64,000 nucleotides of DNA from Nitrospinota bacterium (GTDB taxonomy: Bacteria > Nitrospinota > Nitrospinia > Nitrospinales > VA-1): NCBI GenBank assembly GCA_038108555.1, contig JAYNIA010000002.1, positions 51,232 to 115,231 of the forward strand, given 5' to 3'. The notes under the pieces are model-generated. The model searched no databases. It saw nothing but the letters and a program-made list of their open reading frames with translations, and was not told the origin of the DNA. Below are positions 1 to 9,463 of the stretch, one piece after another (within the stretch, counting starts at the first letter, position 1; each line of letters begins with the position of its first letter). A program made the position numbers and the translations under genes.

Positions 1-234
1 TTTATTGGATTTGCTTTCCGGGATCTCCGGTTCCATAACAGAGCCGGGAGCCAGGGGTTTTTCAAACCTTTTCTCGATCCTTTGCGGCTCAGCAGCCGAA
101 GGAACGGTTTGGGCCCCGGACGGATTGGAATTCAATATTCCCACCGAAAATAACCCCACCGCTACTAAAAAGGCCATCCTGCCCCTGCGGAGCTTAAATT
201 TTAATCCCTTAAAATTCAATATTTTACCGATCAC
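1..234 (-). CDS. 5' part of an exported protein, possibly ShlB/FhaC/HecB (TpsB) family outer-membrane transporter; runs off the window start
   Basis: My translation of the minus strand is open to position 1: signal-peptide-like RRGRMAFLVAVGLFSVGIL followed by AQTVPSAAEPQRIEKRFEKP, resembling TpsB N-termini. Start uncertain (GTG 234, TTG 219 or ATG 177). Confidence 0.45.
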   Translation of the reverse strand, partial: MIGKILNFKGLKFKLRRGRMAFLVAVGLFSVGILNSNPSGAQTVPSAAEPQRIEKRFEKPLAPGSVMEPEIPESKSNK

Positions 235-408
235 ATTCTACCCACAGACCGGATTTCAGACGGAATTTCAACACTCCACCTTTCGTCCCTGAGGGTGGTC
301 AAAATTAGAACCTAAACGCACTAATTGACGCAGCTTAGTGCCTTCCCTAACGGCGGAAAAATGCTAAATCTTTAATTTTTAACGGTTTATTGGCTATTTT
401 TGGCGGGA

Positions 409-1131
409 TTAATTTGCCGGTCCGTCCAGGGGGGGAGCCAGTTTATTCAGCCTTTGGAGAAAAGCCTGAGCAGATTCGGGGACTCTGACCCCCCGATGAC
501 CGGATAAAAGTATGCGGTTGTTGACCCTTTGCTGGTAATACTCGCGATTAGCCTTATTGTCTGAATTGATAACGGTCCCTTCCAAAGAAAGTCCGGCAAA
601 CAATCCTTTAATGGTGGAATAGGCATAAATATCCTTTTTAAAAAGGAGTTTTTTCAGGTTTAAATCCATTTTTTTGCCCAAGGGACCGATGGCCAACTCA
701 GGCCCTGCCCCCAAATCAAATTGGGTTTTAAATAATTCTCGCAATCCTTTTTTGGTAATAACTACTAAAACAACTTCGGCTTTCTGAATTCCGGCCTGGA
801 ACCCATAACTGGCTTGTCGTGATTTAATAAATGCCGGGGGATTCCATTTACCGGTTTTAGGGGAGCGAACCAATACCACACCTTTACCCACTCTGGCCCC
901 TGCGATCATTGCTGCTTTGTATAAATTCGGAAACACCACAAAGGCTCTGGCGTGACCCAGCATCTCTTCCGGAATCCGATGGCCTTCGGCATTGATCAAT
1001 GATTCGATGGATTGTTCTGCATCCAGCAATAACTCTGTATGCTTGAAAGGGTTGTCATCCAGAGATTCTGAAATGGGATTGGAAGAACACCCGAATAAAA
1101 ATAACGCTAATACAATAGAGACAAATTTCAT
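409..1131 (-). CDS. SYLF/Ysc84 lipid-binding domain lipoprotein
   Basis: Lipobox LFGC after ATG 1131; motifs GARVGKGVVLVR, WNPPAFI, GFQAGIQ, YAYSTIKGLFAGLSLEG, ANREYY. Confidence 0.85.
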   Translation of the reverse strand: MKFVSIVLALFLFGCSSNPISESLDDNPFKHTELLLDAEQSIESLINAEGHRIPEEMLGHARAFVVFPNLYKAAMIAGARVGKGVVLVRSPKTGKWNPPAFIKSRQASYGFQAGIQKAEVVLVVITKKGLRELFKTQFDLGAGPELAIGPLGKKMDLNLKKLLFKKDIYAYSTIKGLFAGLSLEGTVINSDNKANREYYQQRVNNRILLSGHRGVRVPESAQAFLQRLNKLAPPLDGPAN

Positions 1132-1213
1132 AATTCTGGAAAAGCCAATAATTTGATGAACCCCGGTAATTTTATATAGGAATGTGGTGAAAATGGCAAT
1201 CGGAACTCCATGC

Positions 1214-1846
1214 TCAATACCTGCGGGAGGATCTTCTTCTTGACTCTGCCAAATCCCTTTGTTTCGGATAAGGCATGTTGATTCTGGCAACGATTTTGTT
1301 TTTCAAAACCTGTTTAAACCGTCCTGTTTGCAGAACCTGATAGTCCTGCCCTGGAGCCCGCACCAATTTCCAGGTAGGTTTTTCGAGCCTTAAAGGACTG
1401 TTAGAGTAAGCCACCCCATTAATTCTCAAGATATTCCAATACAGTTTTTTTTGGGTTGCAAACACCTGCCCTTCGGTAATTCCACCAGGGCCTTGATATT
1501 CGAAATGAAGGTATTTTCCAGGCTTGACCTTTTTCATCACCGTTTTGAACAAAGAAGCCAATTCATTAGCTGAACGTCGGGAAAAAACAGGACGGGGTGT
1601 TCTGGGCTTCAAAATATCCTGATAATAAAGGGAAAGAAGATGATTTCTTATATTTTCTTCAGAAAGAATAATGGGGTATATGAATTTGACGTTTTGCACA
1701 TCATCCAGATAGTTGATGCTCTTAAAAGCAATGGTCAGTCCATTCTTCGAAAAGTTTTTTTCCTCTTTCGTCATGGCTGCACACCCGACCATAAGCAAAG
1801 CCAGAGAAAATGCAAGAATTTGAGGAACCCAATAACGTTGAAGCAT
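1214..1846 (-). CDS. hypothetical lipoprotein
   Basis: 210-aa ORF with signal peptide and lipobox (LMVGC). Confidence 0.65.
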   Translation of the reverse strand: MLQRYWVPQILAFSLALLMVGCAAMTKEEKNFSKNGLTIAFKSINYLDDVQNVKFIYPIILSEENIRNHLLSLYYQDILKPRTPRPVFSRRSANELASLFKTVMKKVKPGKYLHFEYQGPGGITEGQVFATQKKLYWNILRINGVAYSNSPLRLEKPTWKLVRAPGQDYQVLQTGRFKQVLKNKIVARINMPYPKQRDLAESRRRSSRRY

Positions 1847-1994
1847 CAATTACCACGTTTTAAATAAGATTTTTTATCATGGCCTTCCCTCATCTAAAAG
1901 AACTGCCCGGTTCATTCTACTATGACCTGTTCAAGTGACAAGGCAAACTTGGATTAAAAAAAAATGAGGGTGGGATTAAAAGGAAGGACGGGGG

Positions 1995-2031
1995 AGAGCC
2001 GGACCCTGAACAAATTTCAAAGTCCGGCTCT
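1995..2031. terminator. stem-loop downstream of the TonB-dependent receptor gene
   Basis: Perfect 10-bp inverted repeat AGAGCCGGAC (1995-2004) / GTCCGGCTCT (2022-2031). Confidence 0.5.
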
Positions 2032-2086
2032 GCACTTTCTATATATTTATAGAAGGTCTTGGAGGAGACCCCGTTAAATCTCTAAC

Positions 2087-4393
2087 CTAGAGATCGAATT
2101 CCAAACCTGCCATCATGGCAAAAGGCAGTCCCGGACGCGGACCATGGGGCTGCCTGGACACGATGTATTCCTGCGAAGTGATATTTTTAAAGTTCGAGAA
2201 CATTCGAACTTTATCACTCCACTGGTAACCCAGAGTGGCATCCATCACCAATCTTGAGTCGATTTTACCAAACCGCACATCGGCTGTTCCCGTAACAGGA
2301 TTAGCTTCGGTGCCTATGTTTGAGGCGTCCGCATATGCATCGGTCACAAAATTGGCGTCAATGTTAGCCGACCATTTTTTATAGATCGCGCCGACTCCAA
2401 AACTGAGAGACAGTTCAGGAATATAGGGAACCACGTTTCCTATATTTGCACCGGCAAAAATAGATTCAGCATCTCTGGATTTGGCAGTTTCAAGAAAAGT
2501 AGCCTCGGTTAGGGTAGCCGAAACATAGGTGGGCATTTGGAAAGCCCAGCCTCTATGCAGACCGGGATCATAGTTCGCCTGCAGCTCTACACCCAGGCTT
2601 TGTATTTTTCCTCCGTTTACGGAAGTGCCGTTTCCGACCCCTCCCACCGAATCAGCAACTACCAGATCATCAAGAATTGTATGGAAGACAATGACCTCTG
2701 ATGAGAACGCCCTTAGGGCATCCTTGTATCGGGCCCCAATTTCGGAACCCACACTGGTTTCTTCGGTTATTCCACTTCGGATGTTATTCCTTGGACTGGC
2801 GGGAGAAAACCCTCGATGGATCCCGGCAAAGAGGTCAAAGTCACGCCCACCGGAATCGAATACATCGTACTTCAAGCTACCACCGCCTACTACTACTGCG
2901 TAATCACGTGTCCCTTCCTCGATGCCCGATCCACAACTTGTATTATCATCGCAGTAGGCTTGGTTCAGGTGTTCAACGCGAAGCCCGGGAGTGAAAGTAA
3001 ACTTGCCGAATTTAATTTGGTCCTGTGCGTGAACGGCAGTTGCATAAGTTGTTTGCAAACGATTGCCCGCACTGCCTCTTGCCCCAGTTGTAACGGCCGT
3101 AATATCCCCATCTGCGTCCTGGGTGTAGGTTTCGTCCCATTGTTTCCTTCGAATTTGATCGTAATGCCAGCGCACACCAATTTCAAATTCGTGTTCAGTA
3201 CTTCCCATTTGGGCTGCATGCTTCAAAGCCATTTGAGCCCCGTAACTGTAATAGGTCCGGTTGTTATTTCGCAATCGAAACTGTCCTGCCGCTCTACCTG
3301 CAAGAATTTCGTATTGGGCACCCCCCACTCCTTGGGCCAAAGCTTGACTCAGAGCTGTATTACCAGCGCCGACATCATTTAATTTTTGCCAGTTTCGGTT
3401 GAAGGTGTTTCCGTATATTGTGGTAACCAGACTGGTTTTGGGGTTAAACTCGAGAAAATGGCGTGCATGGGTTCGAAACTGAGTGGTTTCAATTTCATCG
3501 AATCGGGATGCCGCTAAACGACCATATGGGCTTGCTCTAAAAGTTGCGGTATCAAGACCAAGATAAGTTTCATTGGCATCAAGATTGGTATGGCCAAACT
3601 TGACCTCCCATTTCTGGTATAGGGCAGATTTAGGCTCATAAGAAAGCTTTATCATAGGTTCGTGTTTGGTGAATCCCGTATTGGCCTCGGCCTCATTACG
3701 AATGCTCGGGATACCTTCCGGTGATAGCTCTTTAAAACCGTTATTATTCCTTGTGTACAATTCAATCACGTAACCAAACTTTCCGCCTCCTTCAAGTTGT
3801 TTTGTTCCACCAAAATAGGAATGGTTACGGATTTCGTTAAAACTTCCGAAGGAAGCTTTAAAATACATTTTTTCAGCCGTTGGAATTTGCGTAGAAATAT
3901 AATTGATCGCACCGCCTGTTGTATGAGGCCCAAACTTGATTTGACTGGAACCTTTGAGAACTTCAATTCCAGACATCCTGCCTGTCGTTGGGGAATAGTA
4001 CGCGGAAGGAGCGGAATAAGGAGCAGGTGCCTGCAATATTCCATCTTCCATGACCGTTACCTTTGAAGCACGCGCAGAGTCAACGCCACGGAGAGATATG
4101 TTTGGAAACAAACCAAAGCCGTCCTCTTCACGCAGGTTCACCCCAGGAACTCTTCTTAGTACACGGTTAATATCATCTACACCGTGTTGACGGATATCCT
4201 GAACGTCAAGAAAATGAGCAGACCCTGCGATATCTTTAATATTGAATTTGGAACCAATGATCGAAACTTCCTGCATCAAAATCTCAGTAGTTTCAGTCAA
4301 CTCAATGGGCTTGTCATCCGCCGCAATTACTGGAGATGCTAAAACCAGCAAGAGCAACGCTACGATTCCCACTCTGAAAAAATTTAACTTCAT
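2087..4393 (-). CDS. TonB-dependent outer-membrane iron receptor, FecA-like
   Basis: Signal peptide; plug motifs VPGVNLREEDGFGL.PNISLRG, APAPYSAPSAYY, IEVLKGSSQIKFGP.T.GG.IN; C-terminal beta strand; Fur boxes upstream. Confidence 0.92.
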   Translation of the reverse strand: MKLNFFRVGIVALLLLVLASPVIAADDKPIELTETTEILMQEVSIIGSKFNIKDIAGSAHFLDVQDIRQHGVDDINRVLRRVPGVNLREEDGFGLFPNISLRGVDSARASKVTVMEDGILQAPAPYSAPSAYYSPTTGRMSGIEVLKGSSQIKFGPHTTGGAINYISTQIPTAEKMYFKASFGSFNEIRNHSYFGGTKQLEGGGKFGYVIELYTRNNNGFKELSPEGIPSIRNEAEANTGFTKHEPMIKLSYEPKSALYQKWEVKFGHTNLDANETYLGLDTATFRASPYGRLAASRFDEIETTQFRTHARHFLEFNPKTSLVTTIYGNTFNRNWQKLNDVGAGNTALSQALAQGVGGAQYEILAGRAAGQFRLRNNNRTYYSYGAQMALKHAAQMGSTEHEFEIGVRWHYDQIRRKQWDETYTQDADGDITAVTTGARGSAGNRLQTTYATAVHAQDQIKFGKFTFTPGLRVEHLNQAYCDDNTSCGSGIEEGTRDYAVVVGGGSLKYDVFDSGGRDFDLFAGIHRGFSPASPRNNIRSGITEETSVGSEIGARYKDALRAFSSEVIVFHTILDDLVVADSVGGVGNGTSVNGGKIQSLGVELQANYDPGLHRGWAFQMPTYVSATLTEATFLETAKSRDAESIFAGANIGNVVPYIPELSLSFGVGAIYKKWSANIDANFVTDAYADASNIGTEANPVTGTADVRFGKIDSRLVMDATLGYQWSDKVRMFSNFKNITSQEYIVSRQPHGPRPGLPFAMMAGLEFDL

Positions 4394-4465
4394 TCCTCCT
4401 CCTCCTTGTTTATTTGAAGCAAGTCAAACTATTTAAAATTTCTAAATTCGCTGAGGGATATAATT

Positions 4466-4530
4466 TTGAAAATCGTTCTCAATTTAATAAAAAACCCTTG
4501 CAACTTAAAGCAATCTTTCCCTTCTGTCAA
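4466..4530 (-). promoter_or_regulatory. sigma70-like promoter with Fur box for the TBDR gene
   Basis: Minus strand TTGACA (4530-4525), 17 nt, TAAGTT (4507-4502); palindrome TTGAAAATCGTTCTCAA at 4466-4482. Confidence 0.7.
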
Positions 4531-4706
4531 CCTTTGATTACAAATTAGGCAATATTTTTTGAAAATAAAACCTTATAAACTTCGAAATAACTGCCCTTTT
4601 CATTAATCAATTCCAATCCACCATCAATAATCCGATGAGAATTTGGCTTTGATCAATCACCTCTCATCAATTCCAAATATCTAGTTTACCAACCCTTATT
4701 TCGATT

Positions 4707-4752
4707 TTGAAAATCGTTCTCAATTTTAAATAAAAAAGACCTCCCCTGTCAA
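4707..4752 (-). promoter_or_regulatory. second sigma70-like promoter with identical Fur box
   Basis: Minus strand TTGACA (4752-4747), 18 nt, TAAAAT (4728-4723); TTGAAAATCGTTCTCAA at 4707-4723. Confidence 0.7.
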
Positions 4753-4771
4753 CAGTAAAATCCGATAATCC

Positions 4772-5503
4772 CTATTTTTTCTGGGTCATATCGACTTTGC
4801 CGTCGAAATTCCGGTCCAATTCAGTTTTTTCGAGTTTTCCCGAGGAGTTGAAATACTCCCAACGATCCGCTTTACCATCGCCATTGGTATCGTAATCGGC
4901 TTTTTTCAGTGTCTGGTCATCGTAGTAGAATTGCCACTGGTCAGGCTTTCCATCGTTGTTAGTATCGAAGGCGGTACGGTCGAGAATCGAATCACCGCGG
5001 AAGTGACTCCACCGATCTATTTTGCCATTTTTGTTTGAATCAACTTCCAGGCGTTCCAGTTGATTTGAGGAGTTATAAAACTGCTTGGTGTCGGCTTTTC
5101 CATCATTATTTTCATCGATTTCGATATGAGTCAATTTTTGATTTGCATCAAAAAATTCTTTCCAGTCATATTTACCATCAAACTTGCTTGATTTTTCCAC
5201 CCGGGAAATTTTTCCACCATTATCATAATATTGAATGTGATCCATTTTCCCATCTTTGTTGCGGTCGAATTCCACATGGTCCAGGTTTTTTTCGTCCCTA
5301 TAATTTTCTACCTGGTCGACCTTGCCATCGAAGTCCCCATCAAATTCAATCTTTAAAACCTTGCCCTGGTCATTCACGTATTGCCATTGGTCGATTTTAC
5401 CGTCGAAATTGGAATCGACTTCATTCACAACCTCGGCCATACCCGTAGAAGCGAGGACAAGACAAGCCAATGTTGCTGCTGTTAAAATGCATTTTACTTT
5501 CAT
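4772..5503 (-). CDS. secreted protein with nine ~25-aa DxNxDGKxD (EF-hand-loop-like, Ca-binding) repeats
   Basis: Signal peptide from ATG 5503; repeats such as DSNFDGKIDQW, DRNKDGKMDH, DTNNDGKPDQW, DTNGDGKADRW. Confidence 0.8.
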   Translation of the reverse strand: MKVKCILTAATLACLVLASTGMAEVVNEVDSNFDGKIDQWQYVNDQGKVLKIEFDGDFDGKVDQVENYRDEKNLDHVEFDRNKDGKMDHIQYYDNGGKISRVEKSSKFDGKYDWKEFFDANQKLTHIEIDENNDGKADTKQFYNSSNQLERLEVDSNKNGKIDRWSHFRGDSILDRTAFDTNNDGKPDQWQFYYDDQTLKKADYDTNGDGKADRWEYFNSSGKLEKTELDRNFDGKVDMTQKK

Positions 5504-5570
5504 GGAACCCCCATACCTTTTAAAAATTTGCGCCTTCCCTATATTTAAAGAATGATTCATTAATCTGTAC

Positions 5571-6611
5571 TCAGTTCAACTCAAACCTGAAGGGTAGAAT
5601 AACTTTTAATGATTCCCTCATTATACTGTCCGGAATGTTTGAAAAAGGCGCCGCTCTTTTTATAGCTGCCATGGCCTCCCGGTTCAGGTTCGGATAGGGA
5701 GTTTTCGTGAGAAGTTTTATATCATCCACCTCCCCGTTTTTTAATATGGTGAACTGGACCTTAAGTTTGCCCTGCCTTCCAGCCCTGCGTGATGCCTCGG
5801 GATAACGTTTTGCCCCTTCAATAATCCGTTGCACCTGCCCGATGTAACCCTTTAAGGCACCTTTATCAAAAATGTTTGGAACTTCGCGAGGAGTGGGAAC
5901 AGAAGTAAACGATGCCAATTTGACTCCCGTACTCACTGGAGACACACGGTTTGTTGATGTTTTCGATGACACCGCCCCGCCTGAAGGACGAATCACCCGG
6001 TCCGGCAATTTCCCTAATTTTGTTTCCGGTGCCCCTTGGACCATGGCCACCCGGGTTGCACCCTTTTTGTTTGTTGCTGAACTCCCCGGCCTTTTAATCA
6101 GGCTTGGGATTTTCCTCATTGGAGCATGCCGTGTTCCCCTTACCATGGCAACTCGAGTACTTCCTTTGGTCGACACCTTCGTAGTGGAAGAGGAAAAAGA
6201 CCTTGCCACCGGAGTGCTGACCCGTCGACTGACGGTTGGGGTCGAACTGCGGATGATGGCAGACCTTGTCGTCGTCGTTTTCTGCATTGGCCTTGGAGTG
6301 ACTTGGGGCGTTGTTACCACCTGCCGAACTTTTTGAGTTTGACGAACAGCAGATCGAAGAACCGGAACTACTGCTTTAGGTTGCGGAACCGGCATAGGCA
6401 GGCTCGCCACTTTAATTTCCGGACGTTCGATTATTTTTTCTTTTTTTACCGGGGGCGGAGTTTTTCTTTTTACAAACTCCAGCTTATAGGTCTTCTTGGT
6501 CTGGATATTTTTATTGATGTTCAGCAAAAAACTACCTGCCCCGAGGGTAAACAACATATGTACCCCCAAAGAACCAACTATCGAATAGGTTGTGGTATTT
6601 TTGCCAAACAT
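5571..6611 (-). CDS. tonB: energy transducer TonB
   Basis: N-terminal TM with SxxxH (SLGVH), long low-complexity linker, C-terminal YPEASRRAGRQGKLKVQFTI...LPFRFEL; downstream of exbBDD. Start may be TTG 6653. Confidence 0.88.
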   Translation of the reverse strand: MFGKNTTTYSIVGSLGVHMLFTLGAGSFLLNINKNIQTKKTYKLEFVKRKTPPPVKKEKIIERPEIKVASLPMPVPQPKAVVPVLRSAVRQTQKVRQVVTTPQVTPRPMQKTTTTRSAIIRSSTPTVSRRVSTPVARSFSSSTTKVSTKGSTRVAMVRGTRHAPMRKIPSLIKRPGSSATNKKGATRVAMVQGAPETKLGKLPDRVIRPSGGAVSSKTSTNRVSPVSTGVKLASFTSVPTPREVPNIFDKGALKGYIGQVQRIIEGAKRYPEASRRAGRQGKLKVQFTILKNGEVDDIKLLTKTPYPNLNREAMAAIKRAAPFSNIPDSIMRESLKVILPFRFELN

Positions 6612-6621
6612 TTTAAATCCG

Positions 6622-7044
6622 TTATTTGCCCGAGTCTGGACCCGCTTTTTCAATTCCGGTGGCCAACATAAAGTCTTCGGCTCCGGCCTGTTTGGCCATC
6701 TCGATCACTTTACCGAAATGTTCAAACTCTAAAACCTTATCTGCGTGAATCGAAATCACTGTATTTTTTTTATCCCCAATTTTCTTTTCCAGTTGACCCG
6801 GCAAGGTTTCAAGCGTGACGGCTTTTCCATCAAGAAACATCGCCTTTTCTTTATCTATAGTCATGGTCAGGAATTGCTTGCTGTTTTTCTCGGCAGTCTT
6901 GGCCGATGGAAGTTCAATTTTCTTATTTTGTTTTGCGGTGGTGGAGGTCAGCATGAAAAAAATCAGCAAAAGAAACACGACATTGATCATGGGAATCAAG
7001 TCGAGTTTGAAAGCGGACTTTTGTTTGTAGGGAAACTTGAGCAT
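6622..7044 (-). CDS. exbD: biopolymer transport protein ExbD/TolR
   Basis: DLIPMINVVFLLLIFFML, IHADK motifs (the usual TM Asp is Asn in this copy). Confidence 0.88.
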   Translation of the reverse strand: MLKFPYKQKSAFKLDLIPMINVVFLLLIFFMLTSTTAKQNKKIELPSAKTAEKNSKQFLTMTIDKEKAMFLDGKAVTLETLPGQLEKKIGDKKNTVISIHADKVLEFEHFGKVIEMAKQAGAEDFMLATGIEKAGPDSGK

Positions 7045-7430
7045 TATTTTATGATTGAAAAATTTTCCGCACCGGCCTCACGTGAAATATCCAGAACCTT
7101 TGCAAACATACCGTACTTGACCTTGGGCGCTGAATCGATCACAACCAGTTTATCCGCCCGGTTTGAAAGTTGTTCTCCCAGCTCACTTTTCAGGGAATCG
7201 ATACTGATGCGTTTGTCGTTTAAACTAAGATTGCTGTTTCTATCGATTTTAACAATGATATCTTTTTCAACCTTTTCGGTTTCTTCACCTTCAGGAAGGC
7301 TGAGCGATAAACCCTGTCCCTGGATGGCAAAGGTGAGCATGAAAAAAATCAACAAAAGAAACACCACATCAATCAGTGGTGCCATATCAATTTCGAATCG
7401 TTTTTTTTGCGGGGGAAACAAATCCAGCAT
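7044..7430 (-). CDS. exbD: biopolymer transport protein ExbD/TolR
   Basis: DMAPLIDVVFLLLIFFML motif. Confidence 0.9.
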   Translation of the reverse strand: MLDLFPPQKKRFEIDMAPLIDVVFLLLIFFMLTFAIQGQGLSLSLPEGEETEKVEKDIIVKIDRNSNLSLNDKRISIDSLKSELGEQLSNRADKLVVIDSAPKVKYGMFAKVLDISREAGAENFSIIK

Positions 7431-7436
7431 AACCGG

Positions 7437-8138
7437 TTAGATCCCCTGGCTGGTTAATTCGGGTTGTGCGCCTGTGGTGGCGTGAGGGTTATGCCCGTTG
7501 GTGGATTCATCCTTATCTTCATATAAATGGTGAACCAGGTATTGTCCGTATTTACCTAGCAAAAAGGAAATGGACTCTACTTTTCTTTCAAAATAATTGA
7601 GCATGATAACCACGGGAATTGCAAGGGCGAGGCCGGCTGCCGTTGTCAACAAAGCTTCCCAGATGCCACCTGCCAAAAGGCTGGGGTCCACCTGCCCCTT
7701 GTATTGGGCCACTTTGTTGAAAGCCTTGACCATTCCAATAACGGTTCCCAATAAACCCATGAGAGGAGAAATGGTAGCAACCACTTCCAGAACACGCAGG
7801 TTTTTTCTAAGACCGGAAATTTCTTCCTGTCCGTGAACCGTTAATTTTTCTTCCAGTTTCCAGCGGGGTTCTTTTCGGGCCTTTACTCCCACTTCCATCA
7901 TCCGTGAAACAGGTCCGTCCTGCGCTTGCTTAAGGTCTCCGGGGCCAATGTGTTTGTCCTTTCGAACCATCTCCTTGATTGCAGCAAATATGTCTTCCGG
8001 TTCTTCTTTACATTTCTTAAAGAAAATCAACCTTTCAATAATAATGGCCACGGCAATGACAGAGGCCAGGAATATGGGGTACATCATGATTCCCCCTTTT
8101 CCCATTAATTCAATACCGGACGCGAACGTATCAATCAT
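7437..8138 (-). CDS. exbB: MotA/TolQ/ExbB proton channel
   Basis: GG.MMYPI, ISPLMGLLGTVIGMVKAF, LAGGIWEALLTTAAGLALAIP. Confidence 0.92.
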   Translation of the reverse strand: MIDTFASGIELMGKGGIMMYPIFLASVIAVAIIIERLIFFKKCKEEPEDIFAAIKEMVRKDKHIGPGDLKQAQDGPVSRMMEVGVKARKEPRWKLEEKLTVHGQEEISGLRKNLRVLEVVATISPLMGLLGTVIGMVKAFNKVAQYKGQVDPSLLAGGIWEALLTTAAGLALAIPVVIMLNYFERKVESISFLLGKYGQYLVHHLYEDKDESTNGHNPHATTGAQPELTSQGI

Positions 8139-8244
8139 TTTTTACTCTTTTCAAAAGGTTAATTTTTTGATTTCCAAGCGATAATCCCCACCTCATTTAA
8201 ACCAAATGCCAAGGGCAAAGAATACATGAAGCGGGCAACCACCC

Positions 8245-8298
8245 ATATTATTGATAACGATTTTCAATAATATAAGGGAATTAGCGACTTTATGTCAA
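8245..8298 (-). promoter_or_regulatory. Fur box and sigma70-like promoter of the exbB operon
   Basis: TTGATAACGATTTTCAA at 8251-8267 inside a longer palindrome (8245-8273); minus strand TTGACA 8298-8293 and TATATT 8274-8269. Confidence 0.72.
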
Positions 8299-8671
8299 TG
8301 TTTTATATTAATCAGGAGGGCTTACCGAATGCCTTTTCAGGAGGGTTCCAGAGAATAACTAGTTGATTTATTGTGCTCTCCGCTTTTATTCTTTTAAATG
8401 TCCATTAAAGGCAATTAAAATCAACCCTTTTTGAAACAGAGGTAAGTTTTGAAAAACGATATTCATTAATAGCCAAGTGGAGCCTCGAAAGTATCTTGTC
8501 CAGCGGATAACACGCAGTAGGAAAATAAACTTTATGGTAAGAAGTTTTTGGGCAAGGGAGGATTAATCTTTTTGGCGCAAAAGTACAATCAAAGTGGAAA
8601 TCGAAAACAGGCAAAATATCAGGCCAATAGTTTTTAAAATATATGTCTCCAACAATCCACCATCCAAAACT

Positions 8672-9463
8672 TTATTTTCCTACTTCCAAAAATGCCACTG
8701 CCTTTTCTCCTGGAACCGGAGGACTCATTCGGAATCCCTGTCCATGGTTGATACCCAATTTCCAAAGAACAAACTCCTCCTCTTTGGTTTCAATTCCCTC
8801 AACAATTGTCCTCAACTCCATCTCCTTTGCCAAACGAGCCACACTTTTTACTATGGTTTTTGTTTTTGGGGATTCCAAAGATCGGACAAAACTTTGATCT
8901 ATTTTCAAGCAATCCAGAGGAAGACGCGACAAATGATGAAGAGAAGAAAACCCTGTTCCGAAATCATCCAAAGCCAGACGCACCCCTTCCCTTCGCAGGC
9001 AATTCAAAAATTCTATGATTTTGGAAAGGTCATTTATAAAAACAGACTCGGTAATTTCCAATTCAAGATATCCCGGTTGCAAGCCTGTCATTGATAAAAT
9101 TTCAAAGACCCGATTAACAAAACCAATATGCTCCAACTGCCGGGCTGAGACATTAACCGATATCGAAAAATTTTTTCCATTTTTATCCTGCCATTTTTTA
9201 GCCTGTCGACAGGCATTCATCAAAACCCAATCCCCTAATGGCTTTATTCCTCCGTTCGCCTCGGCCACGGGTATAAATTCAGACGGAGGGATTTGTCCGT
9301 AACCTGGCGCATGCCAACGGGCAAGCGCTTCAAACCCGGTAATGCATTTTGAAAAAAGATCCCATTTAGGCTGGTAAAAAACCAAGAACTCGCCCCTTTC
9401 CAAACCCTGGGAAATATTTTCTCCCAATGCTCTTTCCAGGAACGAATGAGTTCGCATTAACAT
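8672..9463 (-). CDS. stand-alone EAL-domain c-di-GMP phosphodiesterase
   Basis: YQP, EALARW, VNVS, LELEITE, DDFGTGFSSL, LKID, EGIET, QG all present; strong SD AGGAGG. Confidence 0.9.
   Translation of the reverse strand: MLMRTHSFLERALGENISQGLERGEFLVFYQPKWDLFSKCITGFEALARWHAPGYGQIPPSEFIPVAEANGGIKPLGDWVLMNACRQAKKWQDKNGKNFSISVNVSARQLEHIGFVNRVFEILSMTGLQPGYLELEITESVFINDLSKIIEFLNCLRREGVRLALDDFGTGFSSLHHLSRLPLDCLKIDQSFVRSLESPKTKTIVKSVARLAKEMELRTIVEGIETKEEEFVLWKLGINHGQGFRMSPPVPGEKAVAFLEVGK

Noticed and set aside
1132..1290. N-terminal extension of the SYLF ORF
   Set aside because: Overlaps the upstream lipoprotein gene; the signal peptide begins at ATG 1131
4537..4603. 21-codon minus-strand ORF (MKRAVISKF...) between the two Fur promoters
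   Set aside because: No clear Shine-Dalgarno, and the length is expected by chance
8449..8466. Additional Fur-like site TTGAAAAACGATATTCAT
   Set aside because: Half-site spacing is one base longer than in the other boxes and I found no matching promoter or gene
8405..9094. ORFs 8405-8614 (-) and 8594-9094 (+)
   Set aside because: No recognisable motifs; the second is antisense to the EAL gene
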